DNA of 64,000 bases from a virus (Duplodnaviria; Caudoviricetes): IMG/VR virus record IMGVR_UViG_3300010429_001449; one strand, given 5' to 3'. This document shows positions 1-8,952 of the stretch, piece after piece. The first letter of the stretch is position 1. Every line of letters begins with the position of its first letter. The position numbers and the translations under genes were made by a program. The notes under the pieces are model-generated. The model saw nothing but the letters and a program-made list of their open reading frames with translations, did not search any database and had not been told where the DNA came from.

Positions 1-637
1 TTACAAAGGTGTAACCGTTGTCTATGGCATACACCCTGTGAAAACTGTCCATGATGAAATTGCCAGAGTGCCGATCCATAGCCCCCGTAATAAAATCGAA
101 AGCACAAAGCAAGTGCAGCCACGGATTGTCGTAGTCCTCGCGGAACTCGTACCCCGACTCTGCCCAGTCAACGGCAAGAGGCGAGAGCACCCACGCCTGG
201 AGAGAACCGAAGCCGAGACCTAAAACTTCTCGCCCAACAGTCGGAGGAACAAGATTGAAACCCAAGGCGCGATCAAGGGCGTAGGCGGCAAGCTCTCGTT
301 CGGGAGATGTGACGCGACTGTCGGTACATTCACGGTAGTAGGACGTTTCTTCTATAGAACGCACGGTCTTGAACACGGCGCATTGCGTTGTAACAACACC
401 TACCTTGTTACCGCCGTTGAAGATTACTTTCCACGGTCTGTGGATTCCGCGCCCTATGATATCCAGTTCGTCTATCGGAGCGGTACGGAGAAAACGACAC
501 ATATCGGCGTGATCGAGCGGGGTTAGTGGTTTACGGCGATTGCTCCACTCCGCGCCAATATCTTTCGTCTTCCGGAGAAGCGCGTCTGTTGTTCCCCGGA
601 GCATAAGCTGAAACGTGTTGCTCAGCGTTGTTCGCAT
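1..637 (-). CDS. PI3/PI4-kinase-like (protein-kinase-like fold) protein, 3'-truncated by the window edge; absent from the supplied ORF track
   Basis: Hand translation from ATG at 637 is open to position 1: ...AVFKT...ERELAAYALDRALGFNLVPPTV...GSLQAWV...FDFITGAMDRHSGNFI...VYAIDNG. This gives the catalytic DRHxxN and metal-binding IDNG motifs. Confidence 0.8.
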   Translation of the reverse strand, partial: MRTTLSNTFQLMLRGTTDALLRKTKDIGAEWSNRRKPLTPLDHADMCRFLRTAPIDELDIIGRGIHRPWKVIFNGGNKVGVVTTQCAVFKTVRSIEETSYYRECTDSRVTSPERELAAYALDRALGFNLVPPTVGREVLGLGFGSLQAWVLSPLAVDWAESGYEFREDYDNPWLHLLCAFDFITGAMDRHSGNFIMDSFHRVYAIDNGYTFV

Positions 638-643
638 GGGAAC

Positions 644-1372
644 TCAGTACTGCTCGGTGCCGTATGGCTGCCGTTCCTCTAGTAATTCGTACGAATGGGT
701 GTGTCCTTCTGTCTCGTCTGTAGCCCCGACTTTGTTGATGAAGTGGGCGTGATTTCCGTAGAAGTCCGTGATTCCCCGCAAGACATTGCGTTCTTTGTCA
801 ACGATAAGGACACACTTGTGGCTGTGTTCCGGCGATTTGAGTCCGGACGACATCGAACTCTTGGCCTCAAGCCTCTTCTCCCCAGCTTGAGCGTTAGGAA
901 CCAATCCCCAGAAATTGAGAGGGACTACTTCAGGATGCGTAGCCACGCCCTCAAAGACAGTCTCCTGTCTTGTGTTCCCAACGTCGGCGTCAAGCGTCGG
1001 CTGCGCGTGCGCGGGCGGAGCCAGCGTCTGCTCATCGGAAGTCTTTGCCAATTCCTCGGCATCAACAGCAATGGCCCGCTTGAACAACACAAGGTTGCCC
1101 ATCGCGCTGACAAGCTCCCATCCTTCCTGCCCCGCCTGATCCATCGCCTTGGCGAGATCAATAGGATGAAAGCTTGTCAACGAAACGGCCTTGTGCTCAA
1201 ACGTCTTGCCTAGACCCGTAACGGCATTGGCGGCGGCAAAGGCACGCCCTTCATCACCAGTGCGCTTGTGCGTGTTGTTCCACACATGCGCCCACTGCCT
1301 CTGCTTTTTGTCCGACAACCCGCTCTTTACCCGTTCCGGCAAACTACTCGTGTCTTTCGGGTCGTATGGCAT
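644..1372 (-). CDS. ChaB-domain protein with His-rich C-terminus, probably head-associated
   Basis: N-terminus MPY..SSLPERVK..LSDKKQRQW..VWN....GDEGRAFAAANA is ChaB-like. The C-terminus has HSH, HAH and HTH motifs. Confidence 0.7.
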   Translation of the reverse strand: MPYDPKDTSSLPERVKSGLSDKKQRQWAHVWNNTHKRTGDEGRAFAAANAVTGLGKTFEHKAVSLTSFHPIDLAKAMDQAGQEGWELVSAMGNLVLFKRAIAVDAEELAKTSDEQTLAPPAHAQPTLDADVGNTRQETVFEGVATHPEVVPLNFWGLVPNAQAGEKRLEAKSSMSSGLKSPEHSHKCVLIVDKERNVLRGITDFYGNHAHFINKVGATDETEGHTHSYELLEERQPYGTEQY

Positions 1373-1601
1373 CTCAAAACTCCTACTTCCTTAAGCACTT
1401 GTCCAGTTTTCCCGTTTTGGCTGTTTGCCACAACCATAAGCAGAGCTTCGACTTACAGAAAAAACAGCTAGGAGAAAACTGGACAACTTTCCAACACGTC
1501 GCATTACAGAATGTCGTATGTTGTTTGACACCAACGACTTGTGACTTCTTGTTTGTCCAGTTTTATCACGTTTTTGCCGTAAGAGGTTTGCACTACTACA
1601 G

Positions 1602-2003
1602 TTACGGAATCATCGGGCGCGTTGGCGACGCGGTGATAGCGTCGGGATTTACCTGTGTGCTTGCCTTCGGCTTGGGGTCTTGCGGATGCGCCCAAGCACG
1701 AATCTGACCAGGGGCCAGACGAACCTGTCCGCCTGTCCTGGCTACCGGGCCAACTTCAGAAGGTCCGATAGAGGCGAGGCCGGTTTGGATCGCAACAGCC
1801 GTGGGAATCATGTTTTCGTTGCCGCTGCGGGCAAACGTTCCCATGCCTCTCATTGCGGAGGCGACGCCGGAACCGGCTTTCCCGGCGTCGGGAAGCGACT
1901 CGTGCTTTTCGGCCTTCTGGATGTCACCAGAACGAGCACGCAAGGACTTTGCAACACGGCCTTGACCAGAACGAGCGTAGCTGCTTTTGCTATTCATCGT
2001 CAT
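1602..2003 (-). CDS. hypothetical low-complexity protein
   Basis: Fits the minus-strand operon; overlaps the upstream stop. Confidence 0.5.
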   Translation of the reverse strand: MTMNSKSSYARSGQGRVAKSLRARSGDIQKAEKHESLPDAGKAGSGVASAMRGMGTFARSGNENMIPTAVAIQTGLASIGPSEVGPVARTGGQVRLAPGQIRAWAHPQDPKPKASTQVNPDAITASPTRPMIP

Positions 2004-2370
2004 CTCCCGAATCTACAGGGACAAACTTGAAGCCGGGACATTGCGGAACGGGCCGCGAAGGAAAGTCCCGGCAAATTTGAGGCTGATTGTCGTGAATAAG
2101 GCACGTTGCCTTACCATCCTCATCGAACACTAGGAATTTGCAAGGGGCGTCGATACCAAACTCGACGCTCTTGTCGTCTTCCTTCACGAAAGCGCGGGGT
2201 CGTAATGACCACCACCTAAGCAAGTCTCTGATTGCCTCTACGTCGCCGCCAGCTACGCTGCACTTGTCGAAGCTCATACGCGCCGTAACACAACACGTGC
2301 CGCATCTGCGACACTCTCCGACGCGCTTTAGCTCAAGCTGTGGCGCAACTTGTGTGGCTTCGTTCGGCAT
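1990..2370 (-). CDS. YkgJ-family CxxCxxCC (Fe-S/Zn cluster) protein
   Basis: CRRCGTCC ... CKFL ... CLIHDNQPQICRDFP pattern. Confidence 0.8.
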   Translation of the reverse strand: MPNEATQVAPQLELKRVGECRRCGTCCVTARMSFDKCSVAGGDVEAIRDLLRWWSLRPRAFVKEDDKSVEFGIDAPCKFLVFDEDGKATCLIHDNQPQICRDFPSRPVPQCPGFKFVPVDSGDDDE

Positions 2371-2942
2371 CAGTAATAAACCCTGCTCTCGCCGGTCGGC
2401 AGCGCAGCAGGCCCGTCAAGACGCATTACGAACGAGTAATCTTTCAGAAGAACCGGATACGTGCCGTTCTGATCTTCCAGACCGAGCGCGTACACCCGCT
2501 TTTCTTCGAGAGTTGCTGGTTCTTCGGAGGGCCAGCGGTCAAAGGCCATTGGCCCGCACGAAATGCGACATTTGATCATGACTATCTTGTTGACCTTGCC
2601 GTTACGAGGGCCAAGATCAAGCATGGCTCCGTGAACACCCAACGGAACCCAATTAACGACCTGCACGCGGTCGCCAACGCGCAGCTTTCCGGGACGAATG
2701 TAACCGGGGGGTATCTCCGGTAGACCGTGATTCATCCATACACAGCCCGTCCGTTTAGATACCACATCGGCACTTCCGTTCCGCAGAGAGGTTGCCAACA
2801 GCCGCTGCAAGTCGTCTGTAACAGCGTAACCGCCAAGAAGAAGCTGCTCGCGGGCTTTGGCCATAAATGGATCGTGCGCTTGACCCAGACCTAAGCCTTT
2901 CAACAACCGATCTTCCGTTGCTTTGGCAAGGGGATGATTCAC
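2370..2942 (-). CDS. hypothetical protein
   Basis: Contiguous in the operon. Confidence 0.6.
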   Translation of the reverse strand: MNHPLAKATEDRLLKGLGLGQAHDPFMAKAREQLLLGGYAVTDDLQRLLATSLRNGSADVVSKRTGCVWMNHGLPEIPPGYIRPGKLRVGDRVQVVNWVPLGVHGAMLDLGPRNGKVNKIVMIKCRISCGPMAFDRWPSEEPATLEEKRVYALGLEDQNGTYPVLLKDYSFVMRLDGPAALPTGESRVYY

Positions 2943-2947
2943 TTGCG

Positions 2948-3181
2948 TTACTCTCTGATTTTTTGACTGCCCGCGATGCGTAGTCCGAGAGTGTCTTCCT
3001 CTCGACTCCTGCGCATGTCCGGATCGCCTACGACCTTCTTCTCCGGGAACAACTTCGTGACCTGCGTGCCTCTCACAGTGAACAGCTTGGCGAGATCACG
3101 CTTGACATCACGGCTGTTTCCTTGTCCGAAGTCTTCTGTCTTGTGCGACATCAGTGGTCTCCTTTTACTTCCTCGTCCCAC
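2948..3181 (-). CDS. small hypothetical protein
   Basis: Fills the gap in the operon; start uncertain. Confidence 0.4.
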   Translation of the reverse strand: MGRGSKRRPLMSHKTEDFGQGNSRDVKRDLAKLFTVRGTQVTKLFPEKKVVGDPDMRRSREEDTLGLRIAGSQKIRE

Positions 3182-4197
3182 CTGTCAGCGATTTGCTTGA
3201 CACGGCGGATTAGTTCCTTAACGGCTTCCAGGTCTTCGGAAGAGACGGCTATTTCAGCCGCCTTTCCTTCGGGAACGCCGCTTGTCTTGGTCACAGCCTT
3301 CTCGGCCACGGCTACTTCCAGAATACCCGCAGCCCTGCGGATGTTGGCTATGTCGCGTGGGGATACGAGGCGCGGAGACGACAAAACCTTGGCCGCTGTA
3401 ACAGGGTTGGCACTCCAACGGAAACGATGCGCGTGAGAATGCCCGCCGATGATGGAAGCGGAAGGGTCTGTCATACCATCAATGCTGCCCGCCGCGTAAG
3501 GAATCCGAACAACATGCTGGTGATTCTTGGCTACACTGGTCCGACACTTCAACATCGGGCCGTCGGCGTCGGTAGTAAGAGCCGCATCAATCTTGTGGAC
3601 GTGGCTATCCCCGTCCGCCTGGTCAGTGTTGCCTGTCACCTGAGAGGCGGGGCCGCTGGCAAGCGTGCCATAAGGTCCAGCCATCTCTGTTCCCTGCGCA
3701 GGATTTAGTAGACCACCGCCGAGCAGGGAACCGGTAGTGATCTGTTTTTCAAAAGGGAGGCCGATCTCCACGATTACGCCCTTGTCGGCGCAAACAGCCT
3801 TGTTGGTGTTCGGCTGAACCGGAACCCCTTTGAATTCGTAGGCAAAGAAATGCTCGACGATTCCGTGCGTCTTGGGCAGCCCCTCAACGCCGTCAATCCA
3901 TTTCCTGCAGTCCTCAACGTCCTTCCAGACGTTCTTTGAGAACCAAATCTTGTTAACTGCGATGTCGGCGACAGCATTGTGTCGCTGCGCCTCGCCAAGA
4001 GCACCTACGAAGTCGTTGCCATCGAAATCGACTGCTCGAACCGCCTTCATAACCTCGCCACACTGAGGGCAACCCTTCTGTGCGCCCAGCATGGAAGGAA
4101 AGCCTTTGGCCATTTCGGCAGCGCAGCAATCTTTCATCTCGCGCAGAGGCTGAAGAGCCACACGCCTGCCGAGACGTTCCAGCAATCCTGTACTCAT
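3151..4197 (-). CDS. hypothetical head-associated protein with a Cys cluster and HxH repeats
   Basis: GGAGG RBS before the ATG at 4197; CC..CPQC; HVH, HQH and HSHAH motifs. Confidence 0.6.
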   Translation of the reverse strand: MSTGLLERLGRRVALQPLREMKDCCAAEMAKGFPSMLGAQKGCPQCGEVMKAVRAVDFDGNDFVGALGEAQRHNAVADIAVNKIWFSKNVWKDVEDCRKWIDGVEGLPKTHGIVEHFFAYEFKGVPVQPNTNKAVCADKGVIVEIGLPFEKQITTGSLLGGGLLNPAQGTEMAGPYGTLASGPASQVTGNTDQADGDSHVHKIDAALTTDADGPMLKCRTSVAKNHQHVVRIPYAAGSIDGMTDPSASIIGGHSHAHRFRWSANPVTAAKVLSSPRLVSPRDIANIRRAAGILEVAVAEKAVTKTSGVPEGKAAEIAVSSEDLEAVKELIRRVKQIADRWDEEVKGDH

Positions 4198-4231
4198 GTG
4201 TTGACCTCCAAAAGAGTCACCTTCCGTAATC

Positions 4232-6289
4232 TTACTGCAAAAGCTTGTCCTGTCCAACTAATTTCTGAAGAAGGTTGGCAGGAATAGTTGGCGTGTTGGG
4301 AACAGGAGGCGTCCAAGACATAGGACGCGACGCCACACCGTTGGTCGGAGCCTTCATCTGCGTGGCCTTCATCAGTTTCGCCATTTGTGCCCGCATTACC
4401 GCTGCGGGCGTAGCTAAGGCGGGTATATGACTAGAATCAGCCTGCGACGGGAAGTTAGGAATGAGAGTTTCACGGTCAATGACCGGCATTCCTGACTTTT
4501 TATCGGGGCGAGCGTAGTACTTCTCAGCCGCCTCGTTCCAAGCAGCGTCCAACTCATCCTTTTCCGGAATCAAATCGGCTCGATCTACCTCACCCTCGAA
4601 AATGTCCTCGAACTTCCAATACAAACATCCGGAGAGGAGCGCGTCGGGGCCGTGGTCGTTGGCTTTCAGAATAGAACCGTCGCCGCGCCGACGATACGCC
4701 TTGAGTTGTTGGATGAGAAGTTGACAATCCTTGTTGATTTTGATGCGCCTGAACGTGAAGTATTTGGCTAGGTTCTGAATGCCGGGGGCTTTGTAGGTAC
4801 GGAAATCCACGGGTGTTATCGGAATACCGGAATTAGCCACATCTCTGACGCAGAACATATGAGAGCGGTCAGCCAGAACGCGGAATGATCCGTACTTCTC
4901 GTAGATGTCGAACAGAGATTGAACTACATAGCCGGTGCTCTGATGGTCGGCGTACAGTCCGTCGGCGACGTAGAGAAACTCGGGAAGGCGCAAGACAACC
5001 AACAGACACAGACTGTTTTCTGTCTCAGACCCCCAGTCCACGCCGACAACGGTCTCGATCACGTACTGCTTGTAGTCGGTCAGCGGGTCCACCAGGGCGT
5101 CGTCTACAAGCTCAGGAATGTAGATGGAACCTGAGACGTTCGGTCTTTCGCATTCAAATTCGACGGGGAAGACCATCGTGCCGACGTTGATTTTCTTCGC
5201 CTCGGAAATCTCATCGAATAAAGCCCATCCAGCACTTTTACGCGCCTGTCCATTGCATCCAGCCCATCCTATTTGTTGCTTTCTGCCCTTTTCGTCTGTT
5301 TCTTCGTGTCGCCGGGTAAGAAAGCACTGCCGACAGTAGAGCTTTGCTTCTTCTGAATCCGCTGTAACCGTCTCACTCAAACCGCGAGAACACGGCTGCA
5401 TTGTGTGGAAAACATTCCACTTGTACCGTTTGAAACCCTTGAGTTCGGCGTTGTCCCAAAACTCCTGGAAGACGCCGCCGGGAACGTGGAACGTAGACAG
5501 CATTACGACGATAGAATCGGTTTCGCTGAGCACCGTTTGGAGCGCGGCGCGAATCGTTTTATCGTCCGTGTCCAGCGAGTTGGCCTTGGCCTGACAGGTT
5601 TCGTCAGAAACAAGCACCGGCAAGTGTTTGCCGCGCACCTGCTTGTCTGTGGACGGAACAGCCTTGATGATTACGCCGGTCTTGAGCTTCGTTTCTTTGA
5701 CGCCCGGCTCGACAAGCAGAAGACCCTGCACAAGACCGGGGATGCAGTACCAGAAGTTCTTGGTGTAATCATAAACGACCTTCGCTTGTTCCTCGCCGCC
5801 CGCGATATCCAACGTGGACATCTGGCGATAAACAGCCAACAAGAAGATCAAGATGGACGCTGACAACGATCCCCCGCCGCCACGCGGCTTCCACAGAATA
5901 ACGCGCCTGCTGCGCAAGGACAAAATGTCCGAGATGAACTCCGCCATCGGGCGGATGCAAACGACGGGGCGCATCGTGGTTCCCTTGGGAACCTTGAGCA
6001 TCTTTTCGATAAAGGTCTTTACGGCTGTAATCTGCCGCTCTCGATACTCTTCGTCCGTCTCCTCTCCGATATCATCGCGCTCCCATCCATCCCCTTCGTA
6101 TGCGGGATCAGCGAAGGCGTCCGCGCCGATAAACCTGCCTTGAGCCTTTCCTCGCGGGAAAAGCAAATCGGGCATCCCGTAGTAACCAGGATGCCCGATT
6201 AAGAGTTTCACACGAACCTGTTGCTTTACAAGGAGCAGGTCTCTGACTAGGTTGCTGCGTTCGTCTTTGAATCGTCTGATTCGAGGCAT
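4232..6289 (-). CDS. terL: terminase large subunit
   Basis: Walker A-like WKPRGGGGS, Walker B RGKH..VLVSDE, coupling motif MLST, nuclease GVDWG..ADRS..NDHGPDAL. Confidence 0.85.
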   Translation of the reverse strand: MPRIRRFKDERSNLVRDLLLVKQQVRVKLLIGHPGYYGMPDLLFPRGKAQGRFIGADAFADPAYEGDGWERDDIGEETDEEYRERQITAVKTFIEKMLKVPKGTTMRPVVCIRPMAEFISDILSLRSRRVILWKPRGGGGSLSASILIFLLAVYRQMSTLDIAGGEEQAKVVYDYTKNFWYCIPGLVQGLLLVEPGVKETKLKTGVIIKAVPSTDKQVRGKHLPVLVSDETCQAKANSLDTDDKTIRAALQTVLSETDSIVVMLSTFHVPGGVFQEFWDNAELKGFKRYKWNVFHTMQPCSRGLSETVTADSEEAKLYCRQCFLTRRHEETDEKGRKQQIGWAGCNGQARKSAGWALFDEISEAKKINVGTMVFPVEFECERPNVSGSIYIPELVDDALVDPLTDYKQYVIETVVGVDWGSETENSLCLLVVLRLPEFLYVADGLYADHQSTGYVVQSLFDIYEKYGSFRVLADRSHMFCVRDVANSGIPITPVDFRTYKAPGIQNLAKYFTFRRIKINKDCQLLIQQLKAYRRRGDGSILKANDHGPDALLSGCLYWKFEDIFEGEVDRADLIPEKDELDAAWNEAAEKYYARPDKKSGMPVIDRETLIPNFPSQADSSHIPALATPAAVMRAQMAKLMKATQMKAPTNGVASRPMSWTPPVPNTPTIPANLLQKLVGQDKLLQ

Positions 6290-6301
6290 AGGAACATGCC
6301 G

Positions 6302-6676
6302 TTAGTCGACCTTCTCCTTGGCGGCCCATACAGACTCGTCAAGGTCTTTTATCGCTTTCTTTAGGTCAACCGCCGACTCTCCGCGTTCGAGAGCTTCTAC
6401 AGCCGCCGGAATCGGGACTTTGAGAAGGCGCATAGCCACTTCCAGCGCGTTTTTCTGCGCCCTTACGCCCTCCAAGGCCAATTCCAAGTTTGCCTTCACG
6501 TCGGGCGGAATACCTTCCTGCTTGAGCGCGAATTCCAAGGCATTTTCGACGCCACGGCTCACAATGTAACTACGTTGGAGCACGATCTTGGCGACATCCG
6601 GAATGTCACAGCCCGCAACAAGCAGAAGCAGGAAACACAGCGGAATCAACACGTAACGTTGCTTCAATCTGTTCAT
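6302..6676 (-). CDS. predicted lipoprotein, helical
   Basis: GAGGAG RBS; MNRLKQR + hydrophobic stretch + LVAG|C lipobox. Confidence 0.65.
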   Translation of the reverse strand: MNRLKQRYVLIPLCFLLLLVAGCDIPDVAKIVLQRSYIVSRGVENALEFALKQEGIPPDVKANLELALEGVRAQKNALEVAMRLLKVPIPAAVEALERGESAVDLKKAIKDLDESVWAAKEKVD

Positions 6677-6687
6677 TGCGTCGCTCC

Positions 6688-7035
6688 TCACGAGAACAAG
6701 GGCAAATTGATGCCGGTAGCTTGGCCTTCCGCCGGTATGAAGAACCGCGCAAGACCAAAATAGACCGGTCCGGGACCGCCCGAACCGGAAACACGTATGA
6801 GACTGCCGGAAACGGTAATCCACATGGCAGACACGCCATTCGCTTGAATTGTTGCCGTCTGCACATCGGTCCAAGTCGTCCCGCCGTCGGACGAGTATTG
6901 AACCTTGATCTGGATTGGACTCGTATGGAGATTCCGGAAGTAGTAAGCGCGAGGCCAGCCCGAGTTATCGGGCGTGTTCGCTAGAACAGCCTCCGCTCCC
7001 GGAACGTCAAGAACAACGCTTTGAGCAACAAGCAT
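6688..7035 (-). CDS. small beta-rich, possibly structural protein
   Basis: GAGG RBS; QYSSDGGTTWTDV motif; beta-strand pattern. Confidence 0.55.
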   Translation of the reverse strand: MLVAQSVVLDVPGAEAVLANTPDNSGWPRAYYFRNLHTSPIQIKVQYSSDGGTTWTDVQTATIQANGVSAMWITVSGSLIRVSGSGGPGPVYFGLARFFIPAEGQATGINLPLFS

Positions 7036-7044
7036 GAGCCACCT

Positions 7045-7467
7045 CTAGTCTTTGAGGTACTTTGCTACCCTGCGAAGATCGCTGGCAGCCTCCTCGATGG
7101 CTTCCTTGTGGACGCGCAGCAACTGCTTGGCCTGCGCCTTGTCGCCGGAATTCAACAGCTTCTGAACGTCATCAGAAGTCCGTTTGGCGTCGCGTACCTT
7201 AGCGCGTGACTCCGCAAGCGATGCTACGGCGGTGGTTTCCGCCAGATCAGCGGCGTCAATGAACAAGTCTTCAAGCTGCTCCAGCCTGCTGTGAGCACCA
7301 CGAAGATCATCCTTGCCGAACAACAAACCGACTTGCTCTAGGCCGTCTTCGATAAGATCGGCCATTTGATTGACCTTCTGGCCACGGGACATTCCGCTAT
7401 TAACGCCCGAGAGGTCGTTGAGCAAACCCTTGGTGAACGCCTGGGTAAGCGTTGTCTGAATACGCAT
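7045..7467 (-). CDS. hypothetical helical protein
   Basis: GGAG RBS; contiguous in the operon. Confidence 0.6.
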   Translation of the reverse strand: MRIQTTLTQAFTKGLLNDLSGVNSGMSRGQKVNQMADLIEDGLEQVGLLFGKDDLRGAHSRLEQLEDLFIDAADLAETTAVASLAESRAKVRDAKRTSDDVQKLLNSGDKAQAKQLLRVHKEAIEEAASDLRRVAKYLKD

Positions 7468-8209
7468 TTGGTGCTCCTAATGAGTTACGAAGACTTCGTT
7501 GTAACGGCGGTGCTTGCTGCATCGATTCGAGGGCAACAGCAGCAGGAACGCCGCTCTTTCGCATGGAGAACATTGCCTGAGTTTCAGCCGCAACTACCTC
7601 GCCTTTGCTCGGAGTTGTCAGTTGATGCGGCTGGCCGAGCCAGCCGGTAATCATCGTGTTGAACAACGCGGCCTTCTGCTTCGGGCTGTTCGTTATCTGC
7701 AAAGCCTTGCCCAGCTCTTCGTGCTCAACATCTTGGGGCACAATCAAACCCGCTGCAAGAGCCTGTTCTCTGTTTCTAGCCTGTTTGCGCAGTTCAACCC
7801 CGTAACCTCCCGCCAAATCACCCTCGGCAAATGCGCCCAGAGCCGAGCCTACGGCGGCTTCGCGGCGATCCTGAGCGTCGTAGCTGGCCCGCGCCGTCGT
7901 ATCAATGCCCTGGATACGACCTGCTTTGGACACAGGGGCATAAACAGGCTCCGGCGGAGCGAGACGCGCAGATGACGCGAACGCGGTCGGCTGTACAACC
8001 GGCAGAGGATCAAGTTCGCCTATGCGGTAGGTCAGCCAGTCCTTGAACAGACTTCTGAGTTCATCTACCGGACGGCCAAAAAGACCGCTCGCATCTGTCA
8101 GATCGATGCCTTTTTGAACGTAGATGGTTCCAACCATCTGAATGAAATCCTTTAAGGCGATTTCATTCAGAAGCTTGGCCAGGTTTTCGATGAACTCAGG
8201 TGTTGTCAC
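7400..8209 (-). CDS. hypothetical protein
   Basis: GGAG RBS; contiguous in the operon. Confidence 0.6.
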   Translation of the reverse strand: MTTPEFIENLAKLLNEIALKDFIQMVGTIYVQKGIDLTDASGLFGRPVDELRSLFKDWLTYRIGELDPLPVVQPTAFASSARLAPPEPVYAPVSKAGRIQGIDTTARASYDAQDRREAAVGSALGAFAEGDLAGGYGVELRKQARNREQALAAGLIVPQDVEHEELGKALQITNSPKQKAALFNTMITGWLGQPHQLTTPSKGEVVAAETQAMFSMRKSGVPAAVALESMQQAPPLQRSLRNSLGAPNAYSDNAYPGVHQGFAQRPLGR

Positions 8210-8218
8210 GCGGGACTC

Positions 8219-8758
8219 CTATACTTCGTTGGGGCGTCGGCCAAGACTCATCACCTTCGGCTCGGTGTTTCCTTCCGTCAGGCGCTGAATGCTCGCTACG
8301 ATGTGCTTGAGTTCCTCGATGTGCTGAACCTCTTCCTGCCGAATGTGCTCAAGGACTGTTCGCGTGGCCTCGTCGGGCGCGACGGTCTTCAAGGCTTCGT
8401 AAATGGAAACAGCCTTGACCTCATCGAGAATCGCGCCGTAAATGTAGCCGAGGAAATCCTGCGGGCCAACGGTGGGTTGTTCCCCTCCGGCGGGCATGTC
8501 CCTCGCTATGGCATCGTCACCGGGCGCGGGCGATCCGGCTACCGGCGGAGTTTTCGCTTGCAGCGCCATCGTAGCGTCTGTAAGGGCTGCCTGTGTGTCG
8601 TCTTGGCCCGCCGGTCCGAGCATCGGAACAATGGTCTCGGCCTTCTGGACAAGAGCTTGAACGGCCTGCTTCAGATTCTTGCTGATGGGATCGGCGTTTC
8701 TACCGTCCGCCAACTCATCAAGAATCGCACGCGCTTGCTGTGGCGTTATCTTCCGCAT
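8219..8758 (-). CDS. ferritin-like (rubrerythrin/EncFtn-type half) domain protein
   Basis: AILDEVKAVSIYE ... VLEHIRQEEVQHIEEL gives the E-x6-Y and EExxH di-iron ligands. Confidence 0.75.
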   Translation of the reverse strand: MRKITPQQARAILDELADGRNADPISKNLKQAVQALVQKAETIVPMLGPAGQDDTQAALTDATMALQAKTPPVAGSPAPGDDAIARDMPAGGEQPTVGPQDFLGYIYGAILDEVKAVSIYEALKTVAPDEATRTVLEHIRQEEVQHIEELKHIVASIQRLTEGNTEPKVMSLGRRPNEV

Positions 8759-8768
8759 GGATTGTCCT

Positions 8769-8951
8769 CTATTGCTGTTGTTTTCTTCCGAAGGGATCGT
8801 CCAGAATAGGCTGTATCACAGCCAAAGCTTCCTCGCGCCCCTGTCGGCCTTCTGGGAACCATTGATTAAAAATCTGCATCGCCTCTTGACGCAGTTCTTC
8901 TTCCCGTTTTTCGTCGGGAAGCTGTATATCGAAATTAGAAGCCTCGGCCAT
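8769..8951 (-). CDS. small acidic protein directly downstream of the 828-aa gene
   Basis: GGAG RBS; starts 2 nt after the upstream stop. Confidence 0.6.
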   Translation of the reverse strand: MAEASNFDIQLPDEKREEELRQEAMQIFNQWFPEGRQGREEALAVIQPILDDPFGRKQQQ

Positions 8952-8952
8952 G

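Noticed and set aside
5150-5420. Intein or intron in terL
   Set aside because: The insert is short and Cys-rich, lacks intein terminal motifs, and the frame is uninterrupted.
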